From Auanema rhodensis (lineage: Eukaryota > Animalia > Nematoda), in NCBI GenBank assembly GCA_964057225.1, contig OZ059898.1, forward strand, positions 4,030,001-4,094,000: 64,000 nt of DNA, written 5' to 3'. Shown here in pieces: positions 1-14,600 of this stretch (its first letter is position 1; every line of letters starts with the position of its first letter). Made by a program: the position numbers and the translations under genes. The notes under the pieces are model-generated. The model was given only the letters and a program-made list of their open reading frames with translations, searched no databases and had not been told where the DNA came from.

Positions 1-1128
1 GCACACAAGCTCATATTTGAAGAAAACTGTTTTAGAAAAAATAAGTGTGTATAATCATTTTTTTCAATTTCTTTCAAGTTATAGATATGAATATCTTTTT
101 GTGATTTTTTCGATATTCGTTTTGAGAAAAGTGTCCATTTACTTTTATCCATCAAAATGTACATGCATACATGATGATTCATGTTGAGCTTCAAGAATTT
201 ATTCAAAAACCTTTTTACGGACATTGCATCACTGCCTTAACTGTCAAATCTGCTTGGCAAGAAAGGATAAAGATAACTACGGAGAGGGTTAGAGAAAAAA
301 AGAAGAAGTAGGGTGTGTGAAGGAAAGACACAGCTGAGGAAGTATAGAGCGATAGATATGCAGAGAAAGCAAGAGATTCGAGAATTGAGGCAGAGGATGT
401 CCTCCGTTTGGCAACTAGGCTGTAGACGCTTGCCTGCCTTTTTGCTCTGCCTATCTATTCCTAGTCTTTCGTTTCTCTGTTTCACGTGCTCCTTGCTCTC
501 CTTCCTACGTCTCTGTCCTAGCCTCGTTTAAGAGCATACTCTCTGAAGGTCCATGAGCTTGCTGCTGACGCTGTCAATGTCTCTTAAATGCGCAAACTAG
601 GTCTTCTACTCCTCTTCTCTCTTTCTCTCAATCTCTCTCTGTTTTATCGCTCTCCTTCTCGTTGCTCTCTCATTTAATAATACTATTTTTGAATGCCGTT
701 CTTCCTTACTCTCCCTCTTTCTTCACAATGCCATTGCGTTCACCATCATATACAGACAAGCAGAATCTAGTCCTCCTTCTCCTTCTTGTCTTCTAACACT
801 TGGACAACAACGAGCCTGAAAAAAGTTCGGAAGATACGAAACTGCTTGGTTCTTTTATTTTCTTATTCGAAAGTATAGCGCCAATATTACTCAGTTTATT
901 TTCATCAGTAGTACAAGGCTGCTAGCTAGCTATTCTAGCTTATTTCATTCCCCAGCAAACATTTTCATTCAGAAAAAGTATTGAAATATCTTCCAATATT
1001 CGTAGATATCTGCAGCTTATATCTGGTAATTGATATTCGTTAGTCTCATATTGCTATTAGGCTTTAACCAGTAATACACGGCAGCACTTCTCTTGATTTT
1101 CTAAAATTCACTGAATTGCTATTGAACT

Positions 1129-1911
1129 ATGAATGAGCCGGAGGATCGAATTCTTCACAAAGATAGCTCATGCACATCTCGTGGTCGGCCAGAAATACCA
1201 CGAAAAATGCGCCTTTTACGTCATTTATCTGGTTTGCTAGATTCGAAAAAAGGTAAGCTAAGCTAATTTATAGTGAAGGACTGAACTTTAGTCAAAGCCT
1301 GTTTATAATAGTTTTATTTATTGGTTATAATATATATATATATATACTCATGTTTAAAGCTAACTTTAACTATATATTTAACTTTTTTTTCTTTTATATA
1401 ACTCAAAAGACTTTCTTTCTCTTACATTTCTTGTCAAATTGAAATATGCTACTCGAGACGTAGGCAATGTATATAGAGAACCTTTTACGAGCCTTTCCAT
1501 AATTGAAAAATTTTAATTATCATCTATAGCCACCTCTATTCTCTACATTGTCTCTTAAAATTACCAATCAACATTCAGTCAAAATTTGAAAGTTATTTTC
1601 ACATTTTATTATCATGTTCTTCTTCATCTATCTATATTATTATTTTGATTATAAACTTTTTTTTTAGTTTATATACATATATAGTATGTTGAACGATTAA
1701 TTCAATTTTTATGTTAAATTTATAATATATAGTAAAGATATATATATATATGTTTTCTATATCAATTCATAGATAATTTTATTATATTTTATTATATACT
1801 ATAATAATAATAATAATAAAAAAAAATACCTTTTTCAAAATGAAATATTCTATAAATAATGTTAATATTCATATTTCTTAATAATTATATTATAGTTCAT
1901 ACAAAAATTGT

Positions 1912-1950
<39 letters not shown>

Positions 1951-2498
1951 TGATACATTATAATGTGATAAGAATATTTTATTAATTTTATTATCTTTTT
2001 TATAACTTTTAAGTAATTGTTTCGCTCGTACGAGCACATGTATGTATGTATGTATGTATATACATATGTCGTCATAATATCCGTAACAAATAATATTCTA
2101 TATTCTTCGTGAATAAGTTTATAATTTATATTTTTCCTCAGTTTGCATCAACCTCTATCAATTTCCTCTCAATACGAATAAAGGACTTAGGTTTTTATAT
2201 AAATGCAATGATTAAATATGAAGGAACGCGAATGAGTTGACATCCCCCCTCCTCTCTCTATGAACTTTTCAACAATTTCTGTACAATATAAACTTAATAT
2301 GTTTAAAATAATCTTTAATAACTAAATTGCTGTTTTTTCATTTAAATTTTTTAAAATTGCATTAATTCAACTATAAACTCAAATATAAATAGATTCAAAA
2401 ATCATATTTTGTTATCTCACGGATTGTTTCAAACTTTCTCTGCTTTTGCCTTAATTTATAACTTATTTGAATATATTTGCTTAGAAGAATCAATATTT

Positions 2499-2531
<33 letters not shown>

Positions 2532-4758
2532 CTTTTCCTTAGTTTATTATATATAAAATATATGTAGATATGTATGTTCGCATCATTGGTATTTCAAATT
2601 TTAAATTCCACTGTTTTTCGCTTATGCATTTTACGTAGTCGTCATAGTATTATAAACGAAAAACATTTTGTTCATACTATATGGTTTCGAGAAACCTTTT
2701 CTTCCAGAATAAATGATTTGCATAAATATATTTCAAAAAAATATTATACATTTTTTATAATAAATTTCATTTATTTATTTATTAAAATAAAATAAATTTT
2801 ATAATAAATAAATATATTTAATAATTGAAATATATAATATCAAACTATATAAATAATTATATTAAAAAAAATAAAAAATTATACAAATCATCTAGATAAA
2901 TCTATTATTTTCAAACAACACATGTAATATGATACTTATTATTTTTTTGCATTTCAATCTACCATCCACCAATTTTCTAACTGTTAAAGTTATCTTTCTT
3001 TCGTTTTTTTCTTTCAATATAAATTTTGTTCTCATCATCTACTTTTTCACATAGTATTTCAAACTATTATATATATATTTTTTTTTGACAATATATTCAA
3101 TATTTTTCAAGAAAATAATTAAACTTTTGTCTTCAAAATATTCACAATTTTCAAATTTATTGTTTTTTCTAATATTTACAATAAATTCAAAATAATTTTA
3201 ACCCAAAAACACAAGATATACTTCTAATTCTAATCTTTGTTTCCTTTCTATCAATCTGTAATGATGAAATATTTGTCTTATCAGCAAATTTCTCTTTCAA
3301 TCATCATCAGATATCTTACTTTCACTTGATTCACTATATTAACTTTTCTAAACTATAATTTTATTTCAGATTTTAGATCAAAATTTTTGAATAATAAAAT
3401 AGAAATTTAAAAATATTCTTTTTTTATTCGAAAACAAATAAATTATGATATCACTTTATAATTATTCTCATTATTTTATCAATTTTAAGCTTTCTAGTTT
3501 TCATTAAATCTCATGTTTCTCCTTCCCTCCTTTCTATCTCTGTCACTGTTTCTATAATTAAACAAAAACTAATAAGAAGATTATTCTTCTTTGCTTATAA
3601 AATGTTATTTTGCAATTATGGTGTCCAAAACGCGTGGGTCAAAAGATCACATTCATCTCATATTTCAATGTCAAAATTCTATACTCTGCTTTTTCATGAT
3701 ATATTTAGCTTAGAAAATCTTTAGTTAACAGCAAAAAGCATTTTGTATTTGTACATATACATATGTGTATATTCATTTATTTTTTTATTTTAATTTTAAT
3801 TAAACTTACATTAAACATTTAATTCTTACATATATACATATATGAATATTCTTAATTTTTATATAATAAAATATTTTTTCATTGACAACATTTTATTTAA
3901 TTATATTTCAAATTATATATAATCTAAATACTCTTTCTATATATATATATATTAGTGCAATAGAATTTAATAATTTATTGTTGAAAGTTAAAGATCTCCT
4001 TCTTTCTATACATAAGTGCTGTGTGTTCTAACTTGAAAAATCGAATTGAAACATGATTGTTATACATTACATGAACAATAATTTTTATTAATCTGATATC
4101 AGACTCCGTTTTGCATAAAAAGTTGCAATTTTTACAAATTAAATTATCATACGTGTAACCTATCTTTTTCTAGATCTGATGAATGATTGGGAGATAGGTG
4201 GAACGCAAAATAAATGGGTTTGTCCCAGCGATCGACATCTCCAACTTCGGGCACAGTAAGTATACAGTTCAATAGTTTTTTAATTTCTATTTATTTTAGG
4301 CTGAAAGCTGGCTGGTCGGTTCGAACGGCTACCGCCCGAAGTCCCACAAATTCTAAGGCAAATGCCGGGATTACAGATGCTGAACAAGAACATATTCGTC
4401 AGGTTTGACAGAATAAGACCTTCATAAATAGCTTATTACTTTTTAGGTTCTTGCAAAAGCGGAAGAAAGCCGTTTGAAAGAAATGGAAAGATTAGGGTAT
4501 AAATTAATAAATATAATTTTAAAATTTATTTTACTTTTTTATGAAACTAAAAGTTAAATATTTTTATATTTTACATTGTTATTCAAACAAACAAATTCCA
4601 AAGAATTGTTCTTTTATATTTTTTCAATTTAGTAAAGAGCATTACAAGTCATTAAAGAATTTTCTAATTTTATTATTCAATTTTTAAAATTGGAATTAAT
4701 TTAGAGAAACATTCTGAAAGTCTTGTTCATTCTTCATTTTTAAACATATTTCTAACTG

Positions 4759-4798
<40 letters not shown>

Positions 4799-5804
4799 GC
4801 AATTATTTTTAAAAAAAAGTTTAAAAAATCCTAAACTTCATCATATTTTCTTTTTTAGAAAAATGGTTGAGCGTTTGGAAAAAATGAAAAGTCGAGCTAC
4901 CGGAAATGGCGTTACTCATTGTGTATTATGTCGAACCGAATTTGGACTTTTAGCTTCAAAAAGTTATGCTGCAATGTGTAATGATTGTAGAAAGGTTTGA
5001 TATATTAAAATAAATTATATATTTGTATTAATTTATTCTGTTTAAGTACGTTTGTCAGCGTAACTGTGGAGTTGAAACAATGGATCCAGCAAGAGGAACA
5101 GAAATGATTTTTCTTTGCAAAATCTGCTCTGAGGCCAGAGAGGTGGTTAGTTGAATTTCTTGCTACTGTGGTGGCTTTTTATTTTATTTAATAATGCGTA
5201 TTATGCCTATATTGCTTTTTGTGCAAAAACAATCTAACTATAACTGAGCTTGCCGTAAACTATATATCCTAACCAATAGTAAAAACTGTTTAGTTTATAT
5301 ATCTCTTTATCATAAGAAAGAAAGCAAAATATGTGTAAACACTTTCAATTTTACTAAATTTAACGAAATATTTTCAAGCTTTGGAAAAAATCAGGCGCAT
5401 GGTTCTACAAGGAGTTACCAGAATATGTTCGCCCAGAAGTGGTAAATCTTTTGGTTTTCTATTTTCTATCATTGACTTACATTTCAGCCAAATGGTAATG
5501 TATCTTCACCGCCGATGCATTCTAGATCGGCATGGGTTCTTGGCACAATTCCCCGAAATTCCCCATCAACATCGTCGATGCCTACGGCAAGTTCAACGAT
5601 GAACTCAATGAATCCACCGGAGAAGGCACCCAGAAGACATTTACCAATTGCCCCTCCAGAACCGAGGTAATATATAAATTTTTTGCATAAATCTCAAGTA
5701 ATTTCGTTTTTATTGTTTATTATTTATTTAAATTATATACATTTCCGTTTATTATTATGAATTAGCAAAGTTTTTAAAACCGAAAGTTGCTGTATTCTAT
5801 GTCG

Positions 5805-5838
<34 letters not shown>

Positions 5839-8800
5839 TAGAGAATTCAACAACATTTTTATAGGTTTTGACAGTTATTTTAAAACATGTTTTTCACGAA
5901 AATAATTATATAAATAAATAATGTCTTTCAGAAGTTCATCTGATGGAGAATTCGTGCAATCTGGTGTGCCGAGGAAACCTCAAAGAACTCCATCAGCAAA
6001 TCGAAGAGAAGCGAATTTGGCTCGATTTTCAGCATTGCAAGCAGCAATTAGGAATAATGATAGTGGTTTGAAAATAGGGGTTTGCTGAATCGGTTCTTTC
6101 TTTTTTTAGAATCTGAAGATGACTCATCTCCAGAGTCACGAGCTTCAACCCGATCCACTTCTCCTCGACGTTCTTTAGCAACTCCATCCTCGTACGATTC
6201 ATCTCAAAAAGATCTTCGTCAAAGTGATGTGATAGGTCCAGATGATGCTAGAAGTATAGACAGTGGAGGTAACAGTCAGTTTTCATTGATTTCTCAATCA
6301 TAGAAGATATTTAAATATTCTTTATAGTTTTTAAATTATATATTAAATTGTAGTTATATAATCATTTAATATAATATACTTTTATATATAGTTATTATTA
6401 TTATTATTTTATTATTTCAGTTGTGCAATCAGACCATTCAAACCCCCAGGCTGCCCTAACTTTGTCAGCTTCATCTCTAGCACCTTTAGCTAATCACATT
6501 AACGATAGTACTTCGAATAGTAGGATTAGTCAAGATTATGGAAATGCTCGAATAGCTCAATCTGCTTCTGGTAAACTTTAAAACCTTATCAAAAACATTT
6601 TTTTTTCATTTTTAGGATCAAGCCTGGTTACACCACCACCAATTCCACCTCGGACAAGCAGTCCAACTAGAGCTACAAACGATCGGCAATCATCAACGGA
6701 ATGCACATTATCTAGAAAAATTAGTTTTAGGTTTAATATTGTCAAGCCTATATCTGTAATGTTGAAAGTATTTCAGTTCGGCTGCAAGCACTAAACGTGC
6801 TGGTACGTCAAGTGATAGCGTCAATGCTGGAACAGATACTCCAAAAGTCGTTGTAAGATTTTATACATTTTTTTGAATTATAATGCCATATTTATAAAAA
6901 CAAACTTATTTTAGCCTGCTCGAATCGAATCTCCATCAGCATCATTTATGAGTTCACCGGACGATGATTCAAGTACGTTTGGTTGTCCTATTCCTTCCTT
7001 AATTGCCCATAAGAATTAGAGATTAAATCAAGAATATAAACTCTATTTAATTGTTTCAAAACATGTTTATTCGCTATGAAAAATATATAAAAATCTCAGC
7101 TTTTATTTCATTTATTTCAGCTTTTTCTATGTTTATGTTATCCCATGCTTTATTCAGATTTAAGTTATACTTTATTCTTCATTTCTTTCATAATTTTGAT
7201 GATAATTTCAAAAAATTTAAATGAAAATGAAATTAAGAACAAAAAGTATTCTTGAAAAAACAAATTAAAGCCACAATTTAGCTATTTCTTAAGTAGATCA
7301 TTCCCCCCTTATTATCTTTGTTTTTTTTCTGCTTTCAAGCTCTTCTGATTGAACCGTATTTATGTTTAGTCTTTGATGTTAAATACCCACTTTAAGTTGT
7401 TCCATCGACTGTCGTTGATTCTTCTTCTGTGTTGCTCCCCCCTTGGCATTATCAAGCCTATACGCACCATGGTCTTCCCCATCGGCACCGCTCACTGCAC
7501 TATTCGTCGCCTAGCGGCGTTTCACTCAGCACAATTTTGCCTACAGAACTGACACGTTCAACTCGACGAGGAGCTCGTGTTCTTGATCAAATAGACATTT
7601 CACTTCTACCACAGACTTTTTCTATGACATCATTTTCAAATATCGGTCCATGTCAAGCTGATCGTTGCAGTCAAGATAGTAGCATTAGCTCTAGTCGAAG
7701 TATCACCTCAAATTATATAATAGATGACCATCTGAATCAAAGATCATGTACAAGTCAGCCAGATCTGACCAATACATACATGCAAACTGACAAAAAAGAA
7801 TTGTTCATCAATACAAATAAGGCGAAACATCTTGTTCATCGTGATAGTAATGGCAGCTTTGATAACTATTTGGCTGGTGCGGCATCTTCTGTTTCTGATT
7901 ATGTTTATACTTTTATTTCTTCTTTTTTCTTTCTTTGGATTATATGCATGATACTTCAAAACTCGGAAAATTCATAAGCACATCGTTCTTTAAAAAAAAA
8001 AGAAAACGAGTTGTAGCTTGAAGTGCTAATGTATAAATTGGAATGTCTGTATGCATGTAAACTTCAATCTATCAATACATAACATATTAGATATTTTTCT
8101 GACTAGAAAAAAAGAGTATTTTTTCATATATGAATAACTATAATAATTATTTCTTTTCACTCATATTCTATTCTAACCGTATGCATTATATATAAATATA
8201 TATAAATGTATATATATTCATATATATATATATATATATTTCAATTCTATCCTAATTTAGATTAAAATTACTACTTCTTATTTCCTATTTTGATTAAATT
8301 GATTATAATTATCTGAATTAATTATTTCAGGCACATTGGGATCAATACAATTCAGTCTTCAGTACAGTCAATTAGAAAAGAAATTAGATGTTCATCTTAT
8401 ACGAGCAAAGGTTTGAAATCTAACTTCTGTTTATTGAATTTTTTTTTTTTAGAATTTGAAGGCAATGGATAGTAACGGGTTTTCTGATCCATATGTTAAA
8501 CTTCATCTTCTTCCTGGAAATGCTAAAGCAACCAAATTAACATCGAAAACTATTGAGAAAACATTGAATCCAGAATGGGATGAGCATATGAGCTATTATG
8601 GAATTACTGAAGAAGATAAATTACGAAAAACATTGTATGTTTTAAAAATTAAAATTATTTCTATATATGAACTATTATTCAGACGAGTAACAGTGTTGGA
8701 TCGTGATCGTATAGGTTCAGACTTTTTAGGAGAAACACGCATCGCTTTAAAGAAATTGCCCAATAATCAATTAAAGAAATTTAATTTATATTTAGAACAT

Positions 8801-9442
8801 GCTATACCAGTAAATTTTTCATATAATTGATATAGTTATATTAACTTATTAAGGTACAACCAAGCCGTCAAGATGATATGAAAGAACGAGGAAAGATACT
8901 TGTTGGAATTCAATATAATATTCAACAAGGATCATTATTTGTGACTTTGAAACGTTGTGCTGAACTGATTGGTATGGATTCTACAGGCTTTTCTGATCCT
9001 TATTGTAAAGTGTAAGTTATCATATTAATTATATGTAATATTTTTTACTTCTTCAGTTCGTTAACACCTATTACATCGAAAGCTCATCGCCAGAAAACAT
9101 CAATTAAGAAAAGAACACTCAATCCTGAATTTAATGAAGTAGATTATATAATTTGAAAAAAAAAAGAAAAAATTGTATTTTCAGACATTACAATTTGTGG
9201 TGCCCTTCAAAGATCTGCCAAAGAAAACATTACAAGTAGGAGTTTATGATCATGATCTTGGACGCCATGATGACTACATTGGTTACTAATTTACATAGTT
9301 AATATATAATATATATTATATTGTAGGAGGAATATTACTGTCCACATCTGCAAAAGGGGAACGAGGACAACAATGGACTAGTTGTATTGAAAATCCTGGT
9401 CAACTCTTTGAATATTGGCATAAGTTAGAACTTGATTCATAA
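1129..9442 (+). CDS. rbf-1: Rabphilin (Rab-effector zinc finger plus tandem C2A/C2B domains), multi-exon
   Basis: Spliced translation gives MNDWEIGGTQNKWVCPSDRHLQLRAQ, CVLC..CNDC..CKIC zinc finger, SGAWFYK Rab-binding motif, C2A (KAMDSNGFSDPYVKLHLLPG) and C2B (GMDSTGFSDPYCKV...YDHDLGRHDDYIG); TAA at 9440-9442. The upstream exon 1129-1252 (phase 1) joins 4174 in frame; ATG 4179 is an alternative start. Confidence 0.95.
7397..7977 (+). CDS. rbf-1: Alternative exon of rbf-1 inside the 6973-8330 intron (cassette 7397-7876 or terminal to 7977)
   Basis: TTTAAG acceptor at 7391-7396 is in phase with the 6972 donor and opens a stop-free frame to TAA 7977; GC content is exon-like compared with the flanking intron. 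Confidence 0.7.
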
Positions 9443-10653
9443 GAGAGAAATAATATATTGAAATAATTTATTATTCAAAAGATGGTGTCTATTTTCACAT
9501 TGGTTAAGCTGCCATAAGCTGCCTCTTCTATATCTCAGAGATGTTTTCAATTTTTTTTCATAATTTATTCTGAAGAACTTTATTGTCATTTAAACATAGG
9601 CTCACTTCAAAAATTTTCAAAATATTTCGGCCTTTTCATATTCATATGTATTCTCTTTTTTTTCATTTATACACATCATCATCAAATTTTTATTTTTTTT
9701 TTAAATTAAAAGAAAGAAAAATTATATTTTGTCTGTCAACTGTTATCGCCTTATGCATTTAAATGCATAATTTTCGTAAAAACTGTATCTCTTCTATATC
9801 GGGTTAAATTTTTTTTCTTTTAATATTTTAAAATTTGTTTCTTTTTTTTTTCAAATTTTAATTAGATCACAATGTAAACATAACTATATATTTATTATAT
9901 ATTTTTGTATAAAATAATTATAATTTTTCAAAAAAAAAAAGAGAGCAAATCAATATTATACAATTTTTTATGATAATTTTTAATATTGATAGATGAAATA
10001 GTGTTTGAATACTAATAGTTAAATATTAATCAAATCTTTTTTTTTTTTTTGAAAAATTTTATTAGATCTTTGATAACTTTCCTTTTTTATTTTTAAAATT
10101 TCCAATAGATCAATACGAGGTGATACATGTTTCCTTGACAGGTCCATATGTATAATATTTTGTTTTTTGGAAAAAATACTATAATAAACTTTTATTTTCT
10201 TTCATATATTAATTTATTTAAGATATATACAAAGTATATTTCATATATATCATTGTAGTAAAAGGAAAGATCATACCGTATCAAAGATACCTTTAATAGA
10301 AAAACAAAGAAAGGAAACATGTAATGCTGAAAATAACAAAGGAAGAAGGTTATTTTTCTATTTGTTCTTACAATATAAATAAATTCAAATAAGAAAACAA
10401 TTTTAGTTATGTTAGTATTAAATAATTGTACAAGAGAATAAGTATTCAAATCATTTACTTTCAAACCTTATTTCAAACACATGAGCTAACAGTATGAATG
10501 AAGAACATGTGAAGTATGGTAAAAGGTTTTTTCAAAATCTATATAAATCTGGTAAATATAATACAATAATAAAGTGAATAGGAATGTATTAGCTAATAAA
10601 AAAGACCTGTAAGCTTCTGATCTCATAAAATGAAATACAATATAACTATTCTA

Positions 10654-11299
10654 TTATATCTTTTCTAGAATTTTCTTTTGTAAATTTGTTTTAAATTTTC
10701 CAACAGTTGTTAAAGTGCACGTTGAACGAATCTGTGAAGGATGTGAGCCGGGTTGTGATTGTGGTACTAACTGTTTCTTAGATTTATAATATTCAATCCA
10801 ATATGGAAGAATATTGCCATCATCATCTGAGAAATTCATTTTGTGTTCAGGAAATGGAACTTTAAATTCTTCATAGCAAAATGTTATTAATTGACTGCAA
10901 TAAAATGATTTTTTCCCCTCCGAGTTCAAATAGTTCCAAGAAAACAGATCATTGTATGGACATCCAATTACTGACCGAGCTTTATCAACAGCTTTTGATC
11001 TTACTTCTGCTGGTAAGTTTACTGAACAAATCTAAATAATTGATTAATGTATTGATCAGAAATTTGTTTACAACCTCTATATAATCGGGTTCTATTCTTT
11101 TAATTGCTTCCGATAATAGTTCAGAGATGACACCTTGACTGCATGCATGAATAATATAACTATTACTATCAAATATTCCAATATGATAATAATTTCCGGG
11201 AACAACTTCCAGAATAGCATTTTCAATATCACTTTCCGATTTGGTTTTTCCAAAGAATAGAAGATCTCCTTTTTGATATTCATTATTATTTAAAAACAT
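10654..11299 (-). CDS. Permuted papain-like amidase, YaeF/YiiX (peptidase C92, NlpC/P60 superfamily)
   Basis: Exons 11299-11075 and 11031-10654 (43-nt GT-AG intron). Motifs GDLLFF, YYHIGI (His), IIHA, GCPYNDLF, FYCSQLI (Cys after His, the permuted order), and YW..YY...VPQSQPGSHP. Confidence 0.88.
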
Positions 11300-11632
11300 C
11301 TACAAATAAAACTTAAAATATGATGCAATAATGAAATTTTTTTCCTTATCACCAAGAATTCGAGAAAAAAAGCTTTCTTTATAAGTATTAGTAATGAAAA
11401 TCATTTATATGTATATTAAAGATATAAAATTAATTTTAATTCATATTTATATTTATATATACAATATTTAATATATTTATATTTATAGAAAAAAATTAAA
11501 AAGAAAAAAACGTATGGCAAGCTCTGAGACAACACGAAAATCAACGACTATGCATGACCCGTCTTACTAATGAAGATTAAATTACTGATAATAAAATTGA
11601 TATAAATGATACAAAAATGAATTGTTATACAA

Positions 11633-14600
11633 TTAAATTTCAATTTGAACATATTCACGTCTTGTATTACGTATATTATGAGAATCTTTGTATTGCTTAA
11701 CATCTTGGAATATATTATTTAATGGTTGATATAAAGGTGATTCATATGGAAATATTGGTGTCTGAAAACAAATATTTTAATTTTATGTTTAAATATTAAA
11801 ATTACCAGAATAGGAGCTGTATCATAAGGTTGAATGTTTGAAACTCCATTAGTTTTTCCAGGCTCTATAACATCATATACTCTAGCATATGTGAGATCAT
11901 TCAAATTTGAATCAATTGTATCATTCTGACGTGTTCTTAAAACAATTTTTATTTAATCTGGAGTAAAATATATTGTATCTTACGTTATTTTCGAGTTGGA
12001 TATTTGATTACCATGAACACCTAGAGATACAAGATAATCAGTTACAGAACTTTCTAGTGATGCATTGTCCGGATCAATTCCGGAATCAGGTTGAGATCTG
12101 TTAGTTGGGAAGTCGCGATTTGACAATGCTGATCGTAATTCAGAAGATGTCAATAATGAGGATGTCACTGAATTGACTTGAGTAGGTTGAACAACATTGC
12201 GTAATTGCTCTGTTGAATGTGGCATTCGAGAATTTGGTGATAAAGAAGTTAATTTTCCTTTAGTTACAGAATAAATCTAGAAAAAAACGTATTTGGTATA
12301 ATACTAACTTTAATCAAATCAAACCTGTTTCCTTGGATTATCAACTTCTTTTACAACTGGTGGGCGACAACAAAAGCAACATATGACCAAAAGAAGTAAA
12401 GCAATAAAAATGGTAGATGCTCCAAAAATAGCGATTTGTTGAGTATTGAAACTGATTAAATCAGATTTTTCTGATGATAAGCCAATTTCCAAATACACAA
12501 TTGTTTTCGTCGATTGAATAGATGAGCTTGAGGCTGTTACAGCTACCTTTTCCACAGTTAGATTCTTTTTATGATCAATACTGGACCGTAGAGTTAACTA
12601 GAAATAAATTAAGAAATTAACCAGAAAATAATAGTTTTACTTACAATTCCTGTTTTAGAATTAATTTCCAACAAACTATTCTTATCATCAATAGAATAAC
12701 GAATGTGACCATGAGATCCTCCATCTGAATCAACTGCTTGAACTCTTCCAATAGCAGATCCAACTGATGTTCCTAGTGGAACCTTAAATGAAGTAAGATA
12801 ATATCAAAAACATTATTTATATTTTACTTGGAATTTATATTCTTTTTTGGTAAATGTAGGAGCATATTCATCACATGGAAGTATTTTAAATTCAAAAAGA
12901 ACAACGGCAGATCGAGCGTTTCTGTCTGATGCAACTACTGATATTTGATGATTATTGTTTGTTTCAAAATCCAATTGAGAAATTAATTCAATAGCACCAG
13001 TTATAGAGTTAATTGAAAATTTCTGAAAGAATAGCATAATGTAATAATAATTATATTGAAATTTTAACCTGATCAGGATTTTTAATACTATAACGCAATC
13101 CTTGTATTGGAATACCTGCTCTATTCACAGCTCTTGCTGTGAATACAGTAGTATTCCTTACCGTATTTTCAGGTATATGTACGGTATATTTAGATTGTAC
13201 AAAGAATGGAGCTGTAGATGACCATGTTGACATCGCTATTGACATATCCAAATAAACAATAGTAGATCTTTGTGGATGTCCATGATCCACAGCTTCAACA
13301 ATCATCACCCATGATCCATTTGTGTATTTATTCAAAATATCATCATTCCATTCGTTGAATAAGATAGCTCCTGTTTCTGGCTCAAGGCTTACAACATGAT
13401 AATCATTTCCAGTCAGGATTCGATAAGTTACACGACTATTATCCCCTGAATCATCATCTTGAGCATTTAATCTGAAATACAAGGATTGTCACCAATAATG
13501 CAAAATTTAAAACAAACCGATAAACTAAATCTCCATTGACTATTCCGTTTCGAATTAAAACAGATAAACGTTCTGATGAAAACTTTGGCGAGTTGTCATT
13601 TTCATCCGTTACTTGAATACGTACAGATGTAGTTGAATTCTGATAAAACATCGATCCATCAGCTCCTACATCAACCTAATATTCAAAAATATTATAATTA
13701 TTGATTGAATATTATTGGTTTTACCTCAAATTCATATGTTTCTTTACGTTCTCGATCAATAGGTGTTCGAAGCATCAATCGTCCCAAACGATCAATTTCT
13801 ACCGTATTCGATATATCTCCATCAAGTATACGGTAGTGCAGATTTGCGGTAGAAACGGATATGTTTCCAAATACAGCATTTATTGGCATATTTTCAGATA
13901 TAATAAAACTAAAAAAATAAGAAGAAAATTAAATTTTTTTTGTTATCTTACTTGTATTGTTTTTGAGGGAATGAAGGCCTAGCAGATGGTTGTTTGTTAG
14001 TTACTGTGAGTCGAATTGGTACAGATGAAGATAAGTGAGGATTTCCGTGATCAAATGCAGTAACAGTTATAAGATATTGTGATGATAAAGCCATAGATGA
14101 ATGAAGAATAATAGATCCTTAATCAATATAATTAATATAATTAATATAATAAATAGATAATACCATCTGATGTTATACTGAATTGTTCTTCATGACGTTC
14201 TAAGGAATATGATACTTTGCCATTATCACCAGAATCTTTATCTATTGCTTGTACTTTCAAAAGTATATCATCCGGATTTGCATTTGGATGAACTTGAATA
14301 TCATAAAAAGGTTTTGTGAAAATAGGAGAATTATCATTAATATCAATAAGCAATAATTGAATATCTCCAGTTGTTTTATATTTTCCATCAAAAGCCTAAA
14401 ATATAAATAATAATAATACTTTAATATAATTGTTGTAGTCTTACAATAACTTTAAGATTAATTTCGGAATTTTTTTCATAATCTAATTCTGCTATAGTAT
14501 GTATAACACCAGTATATCTTAATAATATAAATTATAATAAAAAATAAAATTATAAGAAATACCTATCAATAGCAATATCATTATTATCTGTTTCAAAGTA

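Noticed and set aside
237-531. Overlapping 72-82 aa ORFs upstream of rbf-1
   Set aside because: GA/CT-rich low-complexity promoter-type sequence with non-ATG starts and no splice or homology support.
1916-1947. (TA)n tracts here and at many other sites
   Set aside because: Ordinary microsatellites of an AT-rich genome.
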